64,000 bases of DNA from Candidatus Bathyarchaeota archaeon (GTDB lineage Archaea > Thermoproteota > Bathyarchaeia > Bathyarchaeales > Bathycorpusculaceae). Shown in pieces: positions 1 through 9,093 of this stretch. A program made the position numbers and the translations under genes. The DNA lies in assembly GCA_963715865.1 (NCBI GenBank), contig OY970280.1:32001-96000 (forward strand), given 5' to 3'. A model generated the notes under the pieces. The model saw only the letters and a program-made list of their open reading frames with translations, was not told the origin of the DNA and did not search any database. The stretch's first letter is position 1; every line of letters begins with the position of its first letter.

Positions 1-574
1 TAACAATAACAACAGTTTTCTTTTGTGTCTGCATTTGCATAATGAATTGGCGCAGTTTCTCCTTCTGCTCATGATCCTGCCCAATAGTGGGCTCATCCAA
101 AATCAACATTTGCGGGTCCCAAGCCAAAACGGAAGCCAATGCAACACGTTTCCGCTCGCCTCCGCTAAGAAGGAAAGGCGAAGTTTTTCTATACTGGGTT
201 AACGCTAAAAGATTCAAAGCCCACGTTACCCTATTCTCAATAACCTCTGGTTCGAACCCGAAATTTTTGAGCGCAAAAGCAATTTCATCTTCTACTGTTT
301 CGCTGAATAACTGGTGATCTGGGTTCTGAAAAACAAAACCGACATTTCGAGCTAAGGTTGCTACGCTTGTTTTGTTTGTTTCAACTCCATCCACACGTAC
401 CGTTCCTAGTGTGGGTTTCAATAGACCATTGAAATGCTTAACAAGTGTTGATTTTCCCGCGCCGTTTTGCCCCATTATTGCGACGAATTCGCCGTCTTTT
501 ATGGTTAGGGAGACACCCTTCAAGGCTTCAACTTTGTTAGGGTAGGAAAAGTGAACGTCTTCAGCCACAATCAT
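1..574 (-). CDS. ecfA2: ECF-type ABC transporter ATPase (second A component), truncated by window edge
   Basis: Not in ORF track. Manual translation from ATG at 574 (ATGA overlap with upstream stop): MIVAEDVHFSYPNKVEALKG...GQNGAGKSTL (Walker A)...FQNPDHQLF (Q-loop)...LSGGERKRVALA...LILDEPT (Walker B). Confidence 0.93.
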   Translation of the reverse strand, partial: MIVAEDVHFSYPNKVEALKGVSLTIKDGEFVAIMGQNGAGKSTLVKHFNGLLKPTLGTVRVDGVETNKTSVATLARNVGFVFQNPDHQLFSETVEDEIAFALKNFGFEPEVIENRVTWALNLLALTQYRKTSPFLLSGGERKRVALASVLAWDPQMLILDEPTIGQDHEQKEKLRQFIMQMQTQKKTVVIV

Positions 575-1422
575 TTAGGTTTAAGTGCCTCCATCAGTTG
601 GTCAGCTAATTCTTCAGAAGATAATGGGATGTTGCCGTGGAGGTTTAAGCCGTCTTTTTTTAGCATTTGGTAGAGCAATGTTGCTTTGGGGATTCCGACG
701 CCGATTAAACGCGTTTCCTCTGTGCTAAGGATTTCTCTTGGGTTTCCTTCGAAGCGGACTTTTCCTTCATCCATAACTATAAGGTGGTTTGTGTATTTTG
801 CTGTTAAGTCCAGTCTATGTTCTACGAGGATGACGGTTATTCCCTGCTTCTTGTTTAACGCGTAGATTACTTCGAAAATTTTCTCAGCGCTTAGTGGGTC
901 AAGAAAAGACGTTGGTTCATCTAACACGATAATTTCTGGTTCCATTGCGAGAACAGCCGCTATTGCCACGCGTTGCTGTTGCCCTCCAGAAATTTCGTGA
1001 GGTGACCGTTCACGCAAATCATAAATGCCTGTTAAGTTTAATGCCCAATCCACTTTTTTTCTCATTTCCTCTCGGGAAATCCCAACGTTTTCTAGCCCGA
1101 ACGCCACATCTTTCTCGATGGATAGGGCGAACAGCTGGTTTTCTGGGTTTTGAAAAACTAAGCCTACATGCTTTGCCATCTCATACGTGTGATGCTCAAG
1201 TGTGTTTACTCCTGCAACGGAAATTTCGCCTTTTAATTCTCCTTGATAGAAATGTGGGACTAATCCGTTGAAGCATCGGCACAAAGTTGTTTTTCCACAG
1301 CCGCTTGGTCCAGTAATTAAAACAAACTCGCCTTTCTCCACTTTAATGGAGACATCTATAATTGATGGTTTTGTTGCGCCCGGATAAGTATAGGTGAGGT
1401 TTTTTGTTTCAATTATAGCCAT
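571..1422 (-). CDS. ecfA1: ECF-type ABC transporter ATPase
   Basis: GPSGCGKTT, FQNPENQLF, ISGGQQQRVAIA, VLDEPTS. Start refined to MAIIETKN at 1422. Confidence 0.93.
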   Translation of the reverse strand: MAIIETKNLTYTYPGATKPSIIDVSIKVEKGEFVLITGPSGCGKTTLCRCFNGLVPHFYQGELKGEISVAGVNTLEHHTYEMAKHVGLVFQNPENQLFALSIEKDVAFGLENVGISREEMRKKVDWALNLTGIYDLRERSPHEISGGQQQRVAIAAVLAMEPEIIVLDEPTSFLDPLSAEKIFEVIYALNKKQGITVILVEHRLDLTAKYTNHLIVMDEGKVRFEGNPREILSTEETRLIGVGIPKATLLYQMLKKDGLNLHGNIPLSSEELADQLMEALKPK

Positions 1423-1474
1423 GTTTTTTGTGCCTGCTAACCTTAAGCGTGAGAGTTTGCTCATTTAAGCGTAG

Positions 1475-2473
1475 CTACGCATTTTTGCGTATTCTCTGCT
1501 TCAACAATAGCAGACACTGCTTGAGCGTTGGTTCTATCTCGCCCCTGCCGCTTACTCCTGCCGCCATGGCGTGTCCTCCGCCCACTCCCTGCAAGTATTC
1601 GCCTAACGGTGCAGCAATGTCCTTTCCTAAATGGACACCTGCTTGCTCAGTGAACTGGCGTGAGCAACGCAGGCTTACCTCGATTTTCCCGTTTTTCAGT
1701 CCCGCGACAGCCGCCGCATGTGCCCCTAAGTCAACTAGGGCTTTGGCTGCTGAAGCTTGGTAAGCGCTAACATGGGAGAGCGCAATTATCCACTTGTTGA
1801 TTCTTAAAATTTTGGCTCTTTTACAAGCTTTCAACTTAGCTAAGCGCTCAGAAGAGTCTATGGGTAAAGCGAACAGTGCCAAGGTTTCCTGCGCATCTAT
1901 CCCTTCAGCGACTAGCTTAGCGACAATCTCTAAGGTGGGTGAATTTGCCAAAGCAAAATGTCGCGTATCAAAAGCTATGCCAATAAATAACGCTTTAGCC
2001 TCATTCAGGTTAGGCTTAGTTTTTGCTTGTCTGAAAAGTTTATAGATTATTTCGCAGTTGGCTGGTGCTTTTTCATCTATTACGCATAACTTGCAGATTT
2101 TGGTTGTTTCTGGGTTTGGTGCGTGGTGGTCAATAATTATTTTTGGTGCTGGGGATTTTTTTAGTGTTTCAGCAACTTGGTCAAGTTGGTCAATGGTGTT
2201 AGTGTCTAAAAGAACAATTACGTCTGCTGATTCAATGTTAGGATTCATGTTAACAGTTATAGGCATATGCAAAAGAAGTTGCTTAGACGGCTTATTGATT
2301 CCTTGCGGGCACCCAATCTCAGTTACAACATTCGGCATAAACCGTTTTAGCAAACCCTGCAACGCATAAGCCGAACATATCGCATCAGCATCCGCACTGC
2401 GGTGACATAACAACAGGACAAAGGCTGCTTTCTTGTCTTCTAAAATTTTTATTAATTTGTCGAAATCGGTCAT
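1475..2473 (-). CDS. DHH/DHHA1 family phosphoesterase (NrnA-like)
   Basis: HRSADADA, LLDT, IIDHH, DT and C-terminal GGGHAMAAG motifs. Confidence 0.9.
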   Translation of the reverse strand: MTDFDKLIKILEDKKAAFVLLLCHRSADADAICSAYALQGLLKRFMPNVVTEIGCPQGINKPSKQLLLHMPITVNMNPNIESADVIVLLDTNTIDQLDQVAETLKKSPAPKIIIDHHAPNPETTKICKLCVIDEKAPANCEIIYKLFRQAKTKPNLNEAKALFIGIAFDTRHFALANSPTLEIVAKLVAEGIDAQETLALFALPIDSSERLAKLKACKRAKILRINKWIIALSHVSAYQASAAKALVDLGAHAAAVAGLKNGKIEVSLRCSRQFTEQAGVHLGKDIAAPLGEYLQGVGGGHAMAAGVSGRGEIEPTLKQCLLLLKQRIRKNA

Positions 2474-2763
2474 TTTGTTTTTCTCAAGTATTTTTCACTG
2501 GCTATATATGCTTCGTTTACGGCTTCTTTAACCAAAGTCTGTGCGTCGATGCCTTTAGCTTCTGGCGTTAAGGCAAGGTCTATTTCCACAGTGACATTTA
2601 CTGGTTTTGACCCGACAGCTTCAACGCTAATATCTAGCCTGTCAACCATTTTAGAGGAAACTTTGGAGAGAATGTATTTTCTGGCAGCGTTCTCTGTGGT
2701 TGAGCATAAAGTTTCTATTTGCTCGGTGGTTAGCTCTGGTATTCCCAGCTCTACCACAAGCAT
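2470..2763 (-). CDS. DUF3194-family archaeal protein
   Basis: ~97 aa alpha/beta protein in the usual archaeal position between prefoldin beta and the DHH gene; family from recall. Confidence 0.7.
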   Translation of the reverse strand: MLVVELGIPELTTEQIETLCSTTENAARKYILSKVSSKMVDRLDISVEAVGSKPVNVTVEIDLALTPEAKGIDAQTLVKEAVNEAYIASEKYLRKTK

Positions 2764-2769
2764 TCACCT

Positions 2770-3141
2770 TTAGGATGAGGGTTGAGAAATTGGACTTAGG
2801 TCTTCTTGGAGTTTTGTCTGTGCTTCTTTTACTTGGCTGCGTATTCTTTCTTCTTGCCTTGCCAGAACAGTGCTTCTTGTGTCCAAAAGCTCTTTTCTAT
2901 CAACCAGTTCTTCGGTTACTTTTGGCTTCTCTGCTTTAACCAATAATGAACCGATTGCCTTGTAAATCACCGCATCATCAGCTGTTTTTTGCAGTTCAGT
3001 CACTGTCTGTTCCACTTCTGTTTTTTCCATTTCAACCTGCTGTTTCTGCGCTAAAATTGACTGTAAGGTTTGCTGCAGTTGCTGCAGTCTAAGAAGCCTT
3101 TCTTGCACGTTAGGCGGTAACTTTGAAAGTTCATCACTCAA
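2770..3141 (-). CDS. pfdB: Prefoldin beta subunit
   Basis: KLPPNVQERL...LQQLQQTLQ coiled coil; central YKAIGSLLVK hairpin. Confidence 0.93.
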   Translation of the reverse strand: MSDELSKLPPNVQERLLRLQQLQQTLQSILAQKQQVEMEKTEVEQTVTELQKTADDAVIYKAIGSLLVKAEKPKVTEELVDRKELLDTRSTVLARQEERIRSQVKEAQTKLQEDLSPISQPSS

Positions 3142-3221
3142 ATTTTATCCTTCCGTATCCAGAAATACGATAAGCTCTTAATTAAGCATTTCCAACAAAG
3201 GGCACTGTTAACGCAAGCCTG

Positions 3222-4526
3222 CTAAATGTCTGTTGAGTTCCAATAGTAAACGTTCTTGTAGCCTACATTAGTGATTGGGTATGTTGAGTCGTCATACACT
3301 ATGTCAAGACTGGCGCCGTATTGGGCTAAAAGCTTGCTTGTGGCTATTGCAATCTGTTGGGTTCTGTCATCGGTTGTCCAGAAACCCCAAATAGTATCGT
3401 TAGGATTCCGCATGCCCCATCCAAAGTTTTTAGGCAGCACTAAGGCGGTTTGTGGAGCGCTTAGATCAGCAAAACTCTTAGTGGTAATGTCGTTCCAGAA
3501 TCTCTGAAGTGCAATAAACTGGTCATCACTCATGGCTCCATAATTGTTGCCTTCAACATACGGGTAATTGAAAACCACAATGTATTTTGCTCCTGCCTCA
3601 TAAGACGTTAACATTTGATTGTAAATTTGGTTTCCGCTGTCAAGGTAAGGTGCCGAGTCATACTTCCAAGTAATTATTGCACCCCACTCTTTATCTTGAA
3701 GCCTTGCCGCTCCCTTAACTAAGGCTATTTGCTCTGCTACACTGCAGTTCCAACCTAACTGAGTGAACAAAACGTTGTATCCACCCAAATAATCAAACCA
3801 ATACAAGCCATAATCAGAAGTATACGAAGTGATTCCAGCAGCGTTTAAAGCTCCAAGCCCAGGGTCTATCTTGAGAGCGTCTTGAACGAAAAACTTGGCT
3901 TCCAAATTATAATCTTGAGGTTTAGTACCATTATTCATTACATCCCACATTTTCAAATATATTTGATATAAGTCGTCACTTAATGGATGATATGTCGAAT
4001 TTATGTTGTTATTAATTTGGTTTAATCTCTGTCCCCAATAGCTAAACCATTTACTCCAGTTGCCATCAAGCTGTATTCCACCCGGCTCGTCATTGTAGTA
4101 TATGCCTAAGAATTTGTCGCCCCACATGTCGGTCCAGCGTTGCTTAGTGCTATTAAGCGGTTGTTGCCAAAACCAGGTTGTCTCGTTCGGTTCTAGAACG
4201 TCGTTGATTCCAAGGTTAATGATAACGCTTAAACCCTTGGAAACTGCATAATCGCAAATTTCCTCAACGCTTGATTGATTTCGGCTAATAGGATTTCTGC
4301 CTGAGTCCAAAACAAAGAGATTTGTGTAACCCTTAACCTTGTCAATAAGCAGTTTGGCTTCCGCTGTCGTGTTTCCGCAAAAAGCGACCCCGACATAAGG
4401 GATAGGTTTACTTTTCGCCTGATTTTGGCTAAGGTAAAGTACGTCGAAAGCTAACGCAGAAATAGCCAGTACAGTTATGAGGAAGGCTGGAACCAAATAT
4501 TTCCTAGCTCGTTTGACTCTGCTCAT
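3222..4526 (-). CDS. Membrane-anchored/secreted hypothetical protein, possible TIM-barrel glycoside hydrolase
   Basis: Basic N-terminus plus hydrophobic helix; many N-x-S/T sequons; aromatic-rich; YYNDEPGG motif. Confidence 0.6.
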   Translation of the reverse strand: MSRVKRARKYLVPAFLITVLAISALAFDVLYLSQNQAKSKPIPYVGVAFCGNTTAEAKLLIDKVKGYTNLFVLDSGRNPISRNQSSVEEICDYAVSKGLSVIINLGINDVLEPNETTWFWQQPLNSTKQRWTDMWGDKFLGIYYNDEPGGIQLDGNWSKWFSYWGQRLNQINNNINSTYHPLSDDLYQIYLKMWDVMNNGTKPQDYNLEAKFFVQDALKIDPGLGALNAAGITSYTSDYGLYWFDYLGGYNVLFTQLGWNCSVAEQIALVKGAARLQDKEWGAIITWKYDSAPYLDSGNQIYNQMLTSYEAGAKYIVVFNYPYVEGNNYGAMSDDQFIALQRFWNDITTKSFADLSAPQTALVLPKNFGWGMRNPNDTIWGFWTTDDRTQQIAIATSKLLAQYGASLDIVYDDSTYPITNVGYKNVYYWNSTDI

Positions 4527-4693
4527 GCCAAAGCCTTACAATAAACTGTTTGTTTATCCATGCTTAAAGTTTTGCGATAAAACGCCTCTTTAGTGATTGC
4601 CAACAAAGAAGCAACAATTATACTTTAAACGATTTTGTGAAGTCTTTTTAAGCAATCAAAACATTAAACCAACCATAAAAGGGGAGAAAGCAA

Positions 4694-5065
4694 GTGGAAC
4701 GCGCCAAAGTCGTAAAGGAAGAATTACTTGAACAAGACATCCTTTTTCTAGCCGTTTACGTGGAAGCAAAAAACTCCATAATGATAATGCTAAGTGAGAA
4801 AGAAGATAAGCTTGGAACCTTGGCAATAGCCGTTCCCAAACCCAAAGACATGCTTGGCCAAGCCACCTCATCAGTGCTTTTAGGTGATAAGAATGTTATT
4901 TCAGCGCGTATGTTTGCTGAGTATGTTGCTTCTAAGAAGGGAAAAATCGCCCTCGTTTCTGTTTACCTTGATAAGGTTGGCGAAATGCAAGCGCAAGCAT
5001 TCTTCATGCACCTCATCGACAAGGTTATGAAAGCAGAAAGCCAAAAAGAGCCAACAGCAACCTAA
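4694..5065 (+). CDS. Proteasome assembly chaperone 4 (PAC4/PSMG4)-like protein
   Basis: LGTLAIAVP...SSVLLGD...ARMFAEYVASKKGKIALVSVYL resembles the PAC4 pattern G.LA.A...STSLLG...A..LA.K..K.VFVS (from memory). Confidence 0.6.
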   Translation: MERAKVVKEELLEQDILFLAVYVEAKNSIMIMLSEKEDKLGTLAIAVPKPKDMLGQATSSVLLGDKNVISARMFAEYVASKKGKIALVSVYLDKVGEMQAQAFFMHLIDKVMKAESQKEPTAT

Positions 5066-5098
5066 CAAGAAAAAGCCACGCCCAACAGTGAAACCCCA

Positions 5099-5593
5099 AT
5101 GATTCGCAAACTAACAAACACCGACTTCCAATCCATCCTTAACGTCGTAAACAACGCCGCTATTGCTTACAAAGGAAAAATTCCAAACAATCAGTGGAAA
5201 GAACCCTACATGCCAGCACAAGAACTGCAAGAGGAAATCCGAAGCGGAGTACAATTCTACGGCTGCATAGAAGACAACACCTTAATCGCTGTAATGGGAA
5301 TCCAACCAGTCAACGACGTCACCTTAATCAGACATGCCTACGTGCTAACAAGTCACCAGCACAAAGGGCTAGGAGAAAAACTCCTCAAACACTTACTCAG
5401 CTTAGCCAAAACATCCACGGTTTACGCGGGAACATGGGAAGCAGCACCATGGGCAATCAAATTCTATCAGAAACACGGATTCAAACTGGTTTCAACCCAA
5501 GAAAAGAATAACTTGTTAAAGAAATACTGGAATATTCCAGAACGACAAGTTGAAACCTCAGTAGTACTTGAACTAAAAAGGCAACCCAAATGA
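5099..5593 (+). CDS. GNAT family N-acetyltransferase
   Basis: HAYVLTSHQHKGLGEKLL acetyl-CoA motif A; AIKFYQKHGF motif B. Confidence 0.9.
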   Translation: MIRKLTNTDFQSILNVVNNAAIAYKGKIPNNQWKEPYMPAQELQEEIRSGVQFYGCIEDNTLIAVMGIQPVNDVTLIRHAYVLTSHQHKGLGEKLLKHLLSLAKTSTVYAGTWEAAPWAIKFYQKHGFKLVSTQEKNNLLKKYWNIPERQVETSVVLELKRQPK

Positions 5594-6651
5594 AACAAAC
5601 AATCCTCCTAAAAGTTGACCCAGAAAACCCAGACCCAACAAAAATACAAACCGCAGCACAAATCATCCAAAAAGGCGGATTAGTGGCTTTTCCAACCGAG
5701 ACAGTTTACGGTTTAGGCGCAGACGCACTCAATCCAGATGCTGTCTTAGCACTTTTTGAAGCTAAAAAGCGACCCTTAGATAACCCACCAATCGTCCACA
5801 TAGCAAACGCAAGCGAAGTCTACAAACTAGCAAAGCAAGTGTCCAAAAAAGCTGAATTGCTGATGGAAAAGTTTTGGCCTGGACCATTAACCCTAATTTT
5901 CCCCCGCTCAAACATAGTACCAAACGTGACGGTTGCAGGTTTAGACACCGTTGCAATCCGCATGCCAAAACACAAAGTAGCCTTAGCATTAATCAAACAA
6001 AGCAATCGACCCATCGCTGCCCCAAGCGCAAACCTAGCAGGCAAACCCAGCCCAACAACCGCCAAACACGTTTATGAAGACCTAAACGGAAGAATCGACG
6101 CCATCCTCGACAGCGGACCCACAAACATCGGCGTTGAATCCACAGTTTTAGACTTAAGCGTTGACCCACCAATGGTTCTTCGCCCAGGTGGAACAACATT
6201 CGAAGCACTAAAACAAGTTCTCGGCGAGGTGAAACTTCACCCCTTCGTCGAAGCCGAACAAGAGTTGCCCCTTGAAAAAACCAGATCGCCTGGAATGAAA
6301 CACAAGCATTATGCGCCTAAAGCCGAGGTCATTCTCGTTGAAGGGGCAGTTCCAGCCGTCATCAAAAAAGTCAAAGAGTTAGCCGAATCTTACAAGCTTA
6401 AAGGCGCAAAAGTAGGCATCTTAGCTACCGACGAAACACAAGCCGCCTACAAAGCAGACGTGGTTAAGTCTCTTGGCAGCCGCTTCAACTTGGCAGTTGT
6501 CGCCCAAAACCTATTCCGTTTATTAAGGGAAGTTGACGCAGAAAACGTTGACGTTATAATTGCTGAAGGAGTGCCTTCTGAAGGCCTTGGTTTAGCCGTG
6601 ATGAATAGACTTCGCAAAGCATCAGGCTACCACATAATCAAAGCAGAATAA
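5590..6651 (+). CDS. sua5: L-threonylcarbamoyladenylate synthase Sua5/TsaC2
   Basis: AFPTETVYGLGA, KKRPLDNP, IAAPSAN, SPGMKHKHYAP linker and C-terminal SUA5 domain. Confidence 0.96.
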   Translation: MKQTILLKVDPENPDPTKIQTAAQIIQKGGLVAFPTETVYGLGADALNPDAVLALFEAKKRPLDNPPIVHIANASEVYKLAKQVSKKAELLMEKFWPGPLTLIFPRSNIVPNVTVAGLDTVAIRMPKHKVALALIKQSNRPIAAPSANLAGKPSPTTAKHVYEDLNGRIDAILDSGPTNIGVESTVLDLSVDPPMVLRPGGTTFEALKQVLGEVKLHPFVEAEQELPLEKTRSPGMKHKHYAPKAEVILVEGAVPAVIKKVKELAESYKLKGAKVGILATDETQAAYKADVVKSLGSRFNLAVVAQNLFRLLREVDAENVDVIIAEGVPSEGLGLAVMNRLRKASGYHIIKAE

Positions 6652-7551
6652 CTATCTACGAATAAGAGCGAGCAGCCTATCTAAACCGATGGTGGCAACA
6701 CAAAGAACACTATCCGCTGCCCCATAATAAACAAAAAGTCGATCATCCAAAATCACGTTGCCGCAGCTAAAAACAACATTGGGAACTTTACCAAAGCGTT
6801 CATAATCTTCCTTTGGCGCTAAAACATGCTCTTTCGAGCGGTAAAGAACCTGTTCAGGATGATCCTGATCAAGCAGAGCAATGCCTAAAGAATACAGCCG
6901 TTCCACGCTTGTCCCGTGGTAAATTACCAGCCAACCCTCGTTAATTTTTATCGGCTGACCAGCTACTCCAATTTTCCCGTTGTCCCAGCCTTCAGCTTGC
7001 GGCTTCATTACAGACATTATATCACACCAACGTATCAAATCATCTGAATAAGCTATACAAATGTCAGGATCAATGCGGTGAAGCATAACATATCTGCCGT
7101 TAACCCTTTGCGGAAAAATAACGGCGTCTTTATTGCGGATGCCTGGAAAAGGTAACTTGCGCGTTCCCCAATTCCATCGTCTATGAATAAAATCGCCTTT
7201 AACAATTGTTGTCATCGCAACCTGATAAACTTGCAAGTGACTATACTCTCTAAGCGCAGTATAAGTCATTATAAGCTGGTCGTCTACTTCGCTTAATCGT
7301 GGATCTTCACAGCCGTCCTTTTCACACTCGGCTGCCGGTTCAAAGACTGGATCTGGGAAACGCTCATCTATGGTGAAGCCGTCAACGGAAGTTGCATAAC
7401 CAAGCCTGGAAATGTTGTCATTACCAATTGCCCTATAGAGAATGTGTACTTTGTCATCAAGGTAAATTGCCGCTGCATTGAATACCCCTCGTGACTCCCA
7501 AGAATGCTCCTGTACTGGACGTAAAATCGGATTACCGGGAAAGCGTTCCAT
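6652..7551 (-). CDS. GH130-family glycoside phosphorylase/glycosidase (copy 1)
   Basis: NPIL, VFNAAA, CEDPRL, NKDAVIFP, YHG and VPNVVFSCG five-bladed propeller motifs. Confidence 0.88.
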   Translation of the reverse strand: MERFPGNPILRPVQEHSWESRGVFNAAAIYLDDKVHILYRAIGNDNISRLGYATSVDGFTIDERFPDPVFEPAAECEKDGCEDPRLSEVDDQLIMTYTALREYSHLQVYQVAMTTIVKGDFIHRRWNWGTRKLPFPGIRNKDAVIFPQRVNGRYVMLHRIDPDICIAYSDDLIRWCDIMSVMKPQAEGWDNGKIGVAGQPIKINEGWLVIYHGTSVERLYSLGIALLDQDHPEQVLYRSKEHVLAPKEDYERFGKVPNVVFSCGNVILDDRLFVYYGAADSVLCVATIGLDRLLALIRR

Positions 7552-7560
7552 AAAAAGTTC

Positions 7561-7962
7561 CTAAGAAGAGCTCGGTATCGGCGTTTTTATTCCAAGGATT
7601 TCATCAAAGAAAGCTCTCAGCGAAAAAAGCCCTATTACCTTTCCTGTTTGGTCCGTTACTGGCAAGTGCCGTATATTGTGAGAGAGCATTAGTCTTTTTG
7701 CTTCGTCGAAGGAAGCTTCAAGCGACACTGTAACTACATGCCTGCTCATTACCTTACTTAACGGTTGGTCTGTGGAAAATTTTTGGGCAACAATACGGAT
7801 TGCATCGCGTTCAGTAAACATTCCTATGCACTTTGCTTCGTCATCGATAATTACTATCGATCCAACGTGCCTGTCGCTAAGAAGTTGAACAGCGTCTTGA
7901 ATTGTGGAATCTTCTTTTGCAGTAACTACTTTTTTACACATTATATCTCGTATTTTAAGCAT
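7561..7962 (-). CDS. CBS-pair domain protein
   Basis: Two CBS repeats (IRDIM...VGSIVI...GMFTERD; VMS...IRHLPV...GLFS). Confidence 0.9.
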   Translation of the reverse strand: MLKIRDIMCKKVVTAKEDSTIQDAVQLLSDRHVGSIVIIDDEAKCIGMFTERDAIRIVAQKFSTDQPLSKVMSRHVVTVSLEASFDEAKRLMLSHNIRHLPVTDQTGKVIGLFSLRAFFDEILGIKTPIPSSS

Positions 7963-8058
7963 AGGTTCACAATCTTTTTTTATCTATCAAAATAGTTAAT
8001 TTGCCACAAGGGTCTTTAGCAACCCCCTTGTTGTTCAAGCTCTCTTTTGCTTCCAAAC

Positions 8059-9093
8059 TCATTGTTTTAATTCCTCCAGTTTCAAACGTGCCAAAAGGTA
8101 GGAAATGGATGATTCAGCCCCTTGGTTCATATTTACCTCTTCAGGAGCTATACCATCAAAGCATCCGCCTGTCTCTGGATTATACACCAATACTTTTCGG
8201 CTGTTTCTCCCCAAAAACCACTCAAATGTCGTGTTAGCCACTTGCACATAGCCCTTATCCTTTGTGGCATAAAAAGCATCAACCGCTGCTTCAACCATAG
8301 CTGCAGCTTCTAACGGTTGCTGATCATAAAACGCTCGCTTTTCACCCCTTTTAAACCAGCCGTCGTTGCCTATTGGCACAAAAACATCATTTACCATTTG
8401 AATTTTAAGCAGAAAATCCATTGATTCCTTGGCTACGTCTAAGTATTTTTGTTTGCCAACGATTGTGTATGCTTCGAAAAGGGCTTGGGGCAATCTGGCA
8501 TTATCATAAGTTAGGTGGGATTCAAACCAGCGCCAATCATCTTTAACTTCATCTTGGTAATGCTGAATAAAACTATCAGCTAACTTTTCTACACTAACCT
8601 TCAAGTCATTATCTTGATGCGCTCGGTAATATTGTGAGAGTCCCAAAATCGTGAGAGCATAGAATCTGAGTGATGTTAATTTCCAAACCCATGGCAGCCC
8701 TCTGTCAAATATGTCCTTGGCAACCATTTTCATATACTTAGGCAAAGTAGAGTTAATTGCGCATCCGCAACCCCAAAGAGCACGACCCATACAATCCTCC
8801 GACCCGTCAACATCTCGGAAACTGCGTTCGTAACTTAAGTAATTATGAAAGCTGCCTTCAGGCTTCTGCATATGATTAAGAAATGCTAAGTAAACTTTTG
8901 CCAGGGCTTCCATCCGCGGGTCATTTTTTAAACGGTGATATCTTGTGCAAACGATTAATGCACGAGCGTTGTCATCTGTTGTGTAGCCTTCGTTTCGTTT
9001 TGGAATGCAATATTTAGCATGTTGAAAAACGCCTGTGTCATCCGTGAGAGCTTCCAGGTAGTCTATCTTTATAGGTGGAAGCTGGATGGCCAT
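8059..9093 (-). CDS. (alpha/alpha)6 six-hairpin-like protein, equivalent to the C-terminal half of bacterial GT4 fusion proteins
   Basis: LTDDTGVFQHA, GYTTDDNARAL, WFESHLTYDNARLPQAL, DQQPLEA, NMNQGAESSISYL. Confidence 0.8.
   Translation of the reverse strand: MAIQLPPIKIDYLEALTDDTGVFQHAKYCIPKRNEGYTTDDNARALIVCTRYHRLKNDPRMEALAKVYLAFLNHMQKPEGSFHNYLSYERSFRDVDGSEDCMGRALWGCGCAINSTLPKYMKMVAKDIFDRGLPWVWKLTSLRFYALTILGLSQYYRAHQDNDLKVSVEKLADSFIQHYQDEVKDDWRWFESHLTYDNARLPQALFEAYTIVGKQKYLDVAKESMDFLLKIQMVNDVFVPIGNDGWFKRGEKRAFYDQQPLEAAAMVEAAVDAFYATKDKGYVQVANTTFEWFLGRNSRKVLVYNPETGGCFDGIAPEEVNMNQGAESSISYLLARLKLEELKQ

Noticed and set aside
87-317. 76-aa + strand ORF
   Set aside because: Antisense to the ecfA2 ATPase, which is clearly coded on the - strand.
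9069-9093. Frameshift splitting one GT4/six-hairpin fusion gene
   Set aside because: The downstream ORF has its own ATG with a GAGGA SD inside the GT4 tail, consistent with two coupled genes.
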